64,000 nt of DNA from Anthoceros angustus (Eukaryota; Plantae; Anthocerotophyta), in NCBI GenBank assembly GCA_010909165.1, contig MU008177.1:248001-312000 (forward strand). The letters run 5' to 3'. Position numbers and translations under genes: made by a program. The notes beneath the pieces are model-generated. The model did no database searches. It worked only from the letters and a program-made list of their open reading frames with translations, and was not told the DNA's origin. Numbering within the stretch: position 1 is the first letter of the stretch; every line of letters begins with the position of its first letter. Of this stretch, positions 61,128-64,000 are shown piece by piece.

Positions 61128-62170
61128 TGGCAATGGGTCGCAAGAGCAAAAAAGACCAGGGTGATAGAATCCCTGATCCCCCTAACCCCATACAGAAGGT
61201 GAGGAGATCGCGAGCGACAGGGAAGGGGAAGGCATCTGCCGCAGGAGTGACCATGGATGCTCCTCAAGGGCGCGGAGGTGTAGGACCAGTAGCGGTGGAA
61301 CAAGCTGGGCCCCAGCTTGCGATTGGGTCGCAATTGGTAGGAGGTGCAAATCAGGCAAAATCCGGGAGCCTTACTTCCGCTAAGGCCAGCACAACCAAAG
61401 GTCTTGCTACTAGTGACAAGGGAGAGAAAGCACAGAAGCGCGTAGTGTCTCTTCCCTCCCCTTACAGCTTTGAGGAGACTGTCTACATACGAAGGCTTGG
61501 AGCACAGATGGATTCCACACCTCTTTTGGATAAGGACTGGATGTTGGTTCAAGAATTGGAGCCAGAGGATGAAGGTATTTTCTGGACACCACTCTTCAAG
61601 TTGTGGATCCTGGGATACAAGGATGCCTTGCCTAATCGGCGAGGGGTGGATGGGTTGTGCGAAACGTGGACATGTGTCAAGGAAACCCATCAAGCTTTGT
61701 ATAACAAAGCCACGGGGAGTTGATGAAGTGCCACAAGGTAGGGCTATGCGAGGCATTTGATCTTAGGTTCAACAACCTGATCATCAAGAAATGCGAGCCT
61801 CAGAGGCTGGTGCAAATCTTTCGCAAATGCAGACGAGAGCAGATGGTAATTGTGCAGAATGCATTTGGGCGCTAGTGAGAACTCTGCAATGTTTGTAGGT
61901 GCTTTCGCCCTTATCACTAACTACAAATTTTTTGTCAACTGCAGGGGCCTCAAATTGGGAATGCATATATCAGGGCCCTCTGTTCAGAAATAACTCAATC
62001 GGTTGTTGACCACAGAAGAGTCATGTCCCTAAGGCGCACTACAGCCCAGCTGCGCCAAGTTGAGGAAGAACATCTTTGCTCAGATGACTGTGAAGAAGGA
62101 AGTGAGCTCGGACCGGAAGATGAAGACGATGGCCCTATACCAGATATTCTCGGGCACAGCGATGATGATC
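61128..62170 (+). CDS. Unidentified spliced gene or pseudogene (about 320 aa) with acidic tail
   Basis: MAMGRKSKKDQG...YSFEETVYIRRLG...; a -1 shift at the G run near 61715 continues ELMKCHKVGLCEAF...EQM, GTAATT...CTGCAG intron, GPQIGNAYIRAL...EDEDDG...NA*. Start position approximate. Confidence 0.5.
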
Positions 62171-64000
62171 AATCAAATGCGTAGGCAGAGGTACGAGATC
62201 TTGGACTCATGGAGATCTTAGGGATGCCCGGTGTTTCCTTTACAGGGCCGACGGTGAGGTATGACCCCGATGGAGTGGAAGGGCAGCGGCTTAACTTCCA
62301 GACAAGAGGCAACCATTTGGTGGCCGATCCGAGTGGTTTGTTCGCTTCCCAAGGGAGGCCGCAGGGCGGTTGGTGACCACATGGGTACTCGAACCCCTCG
62401 GAGTGTTTTTTTGTTTTGTGTTTAAGTTGTGAGAATCGTGGAGTTGGAATGTGAAGTAGGTTAGGAAATAAGAAAAGTCTACTAGAGCCTAGTAGGAGGA
62501 AGAGAGTCTAGTCTGATCCGGAAAAACCGGAGGGTTGGTGCTCGACCGGTTGCTACTTCGGATGCTAGGGCCGTTGCTAACGGACTGTTGCTATGTGACA
62601 AACTTGGAGCTTTGTTGCTATGGTAGCAACCAAGTCGGAGTTATTTTCCGATAAATTGAAATCAATTGGCGAAATCATTGGAAAATATTGAGCGAGGAAA
62701 TGAGGTCCTATTAGCAATTAAGTCCAGTGGGGGAAGAGAAGAATATTGCAGCGAACCCGGGCAGGCGGGCGCGCCTCAAGCTCGGGCGTGGCCGTGAGCC
62801 AGAGGCGGGCGAGACGCGTGCGGGTCACATAAGTCGCAGGCGCAGCGGCCTCGAGAAGGCCGAATCGGGTTGAGTGGCGGTCCGGGGATGCGGTGTGGAA
62901 GCGGGCGGAAGTCGTGTCTTGAGTCGGCGGCAACATCCCAAGGCTCTGCGGGGGAGGAGCCGAGGCGGAGCGAGGCGGTGAGGAAGCTCGAAGGCGGCGT
63001 GGCGAGGAATCGCAGGCAAGCGGGGTGCGGTAAATCATGGCGGGTGGAATAATCGGGCGGCGGCTCTGGAAAGGCGGGCGGCTCGGCGTGGTATGCAAGA
63101 AAGAGGAGGCAGGCGGGGGGCGTAAGTGGAGGCCAGCGGGGAAGAGGGCGTGCGAGGCAGTGCAAATTGGTGGCACGCACCCGAGGTGCGGATAAAGGGA
63201 GGCAGAGCGCACTGGGGTCTGTCTAAGCGTGGTTGCAGGATACCTCCAAGCCTCACATATTTGAGGTGGTGGAAGGCAGCGGCGGCGGGAGCATGTTGAG
63301 GTCAGAGGATGAGAACAGGGTTCCAATTCGAGTGGTGGTCTTGAGTCGGGACATAGAAAGCGGGGTGGCGGTGGAATAAATCCGACTGGGTAGTCAGCGT
63401 GCTTTCCGTTGTGGACCGAGAGATACCAAGCCGAGGGCAAGGCGAGACAGCTTTGATGAATGAGGAGATTGAATTCCGGTAGGAATAAATCGATCGAGGC
63501 ACTCCACCTTGTGGGGTTGAGGCGAGGCGTGATTACTCCATGGGGGCTTCTCGGTCAAGCAAGGCTAAGAGGAAATTTCGGGGTGGGGAGTCGACCACGA
63601 GGCGATACACGAGCAGTGGGCACGAAGGCTTGCGTGGCGGTGCATCGCGATGGCGGGACTCTTTGCTTGTAAACTCGAGCCCGCGTCACGGGTCGGGAAG
63701 CATGGGCCCTAAGAAGAACACTCCGGTGGCCATTGAGGCCATTACCAGCATCGGTGGCCCAACATGGGACTTGGAGGTGGCGGGTTCTTTGGTGGCTAAG
63801 CATCACTTGTCCTTCATGGACAAAAGTGGTGCTTCTGATGGCCAGTTGGTTGGAATGTCACGGGACACATGAGGGAGAAGGCCAGGAAGGCAACACGAGA
63901 ACCAACCCCGCTGGAATATTCGATTGTTCGGCATCTATGAGAGGCTGAAGAGGAATGTGGTGGAATAATCATTGATCCTTTAGGAAGCCATCTCCCAAAA

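Noticed and set aside
62718-63872. ORFs 62718-63440 (-) and 63540-63872 (+) as LINE/DIRS or host genes
   Set aside because: GC-rich low-information translations with no RT, recombinase or other motif; mostly non-ATG starts.

Overview
GC-rich plant nuclear DNA with short spliceosomal introns, most consistent with a non-seed land plant; the lineage cannot be fixed from sequence alone. The first 38 kb is gene-rich. It holds an unidentified spliced gene (running off the left edge), intronless PARP3 head-to-head with an intronless ABC1-family kinase, and an internally deleted Ty3/gypsy chromovirus sitting right behind the kinase stop codon. It also holds a 3-exon NFD4/nodulin-like MFS transporter, an AT-rich island with an orphan basic ORF, a multi-exon FANCM with a U12-type AT-AC intron, a small Cys-rich membrane-protein ORF, NF-YC, and a long His/Pro/Gln/Glu heptad-repeat ORF. 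The last 25 kb is transposon-rich: a decayed spliced Sola-type DNA transposase, and an Athila-like Ty3/gypsy element (47901-60362, 5-bp TSD AGCAT) with a rearranged multi-LTR 3' end, followed by a divergent spliced orphan gene. Two 1.3-1.5 kb tandem duplications and four LTR-element junctions all sit on short microhomologies and carry indel-rich copies, so noisy long-read assembly is a serious alternative to real rearrangement. The best novelty candidates are the His-rich heptad protein, the AT-rich orphan ORF, the C-Y-E PARP3 and the Sola-like element with possible passenger genes. None is established as a new system.
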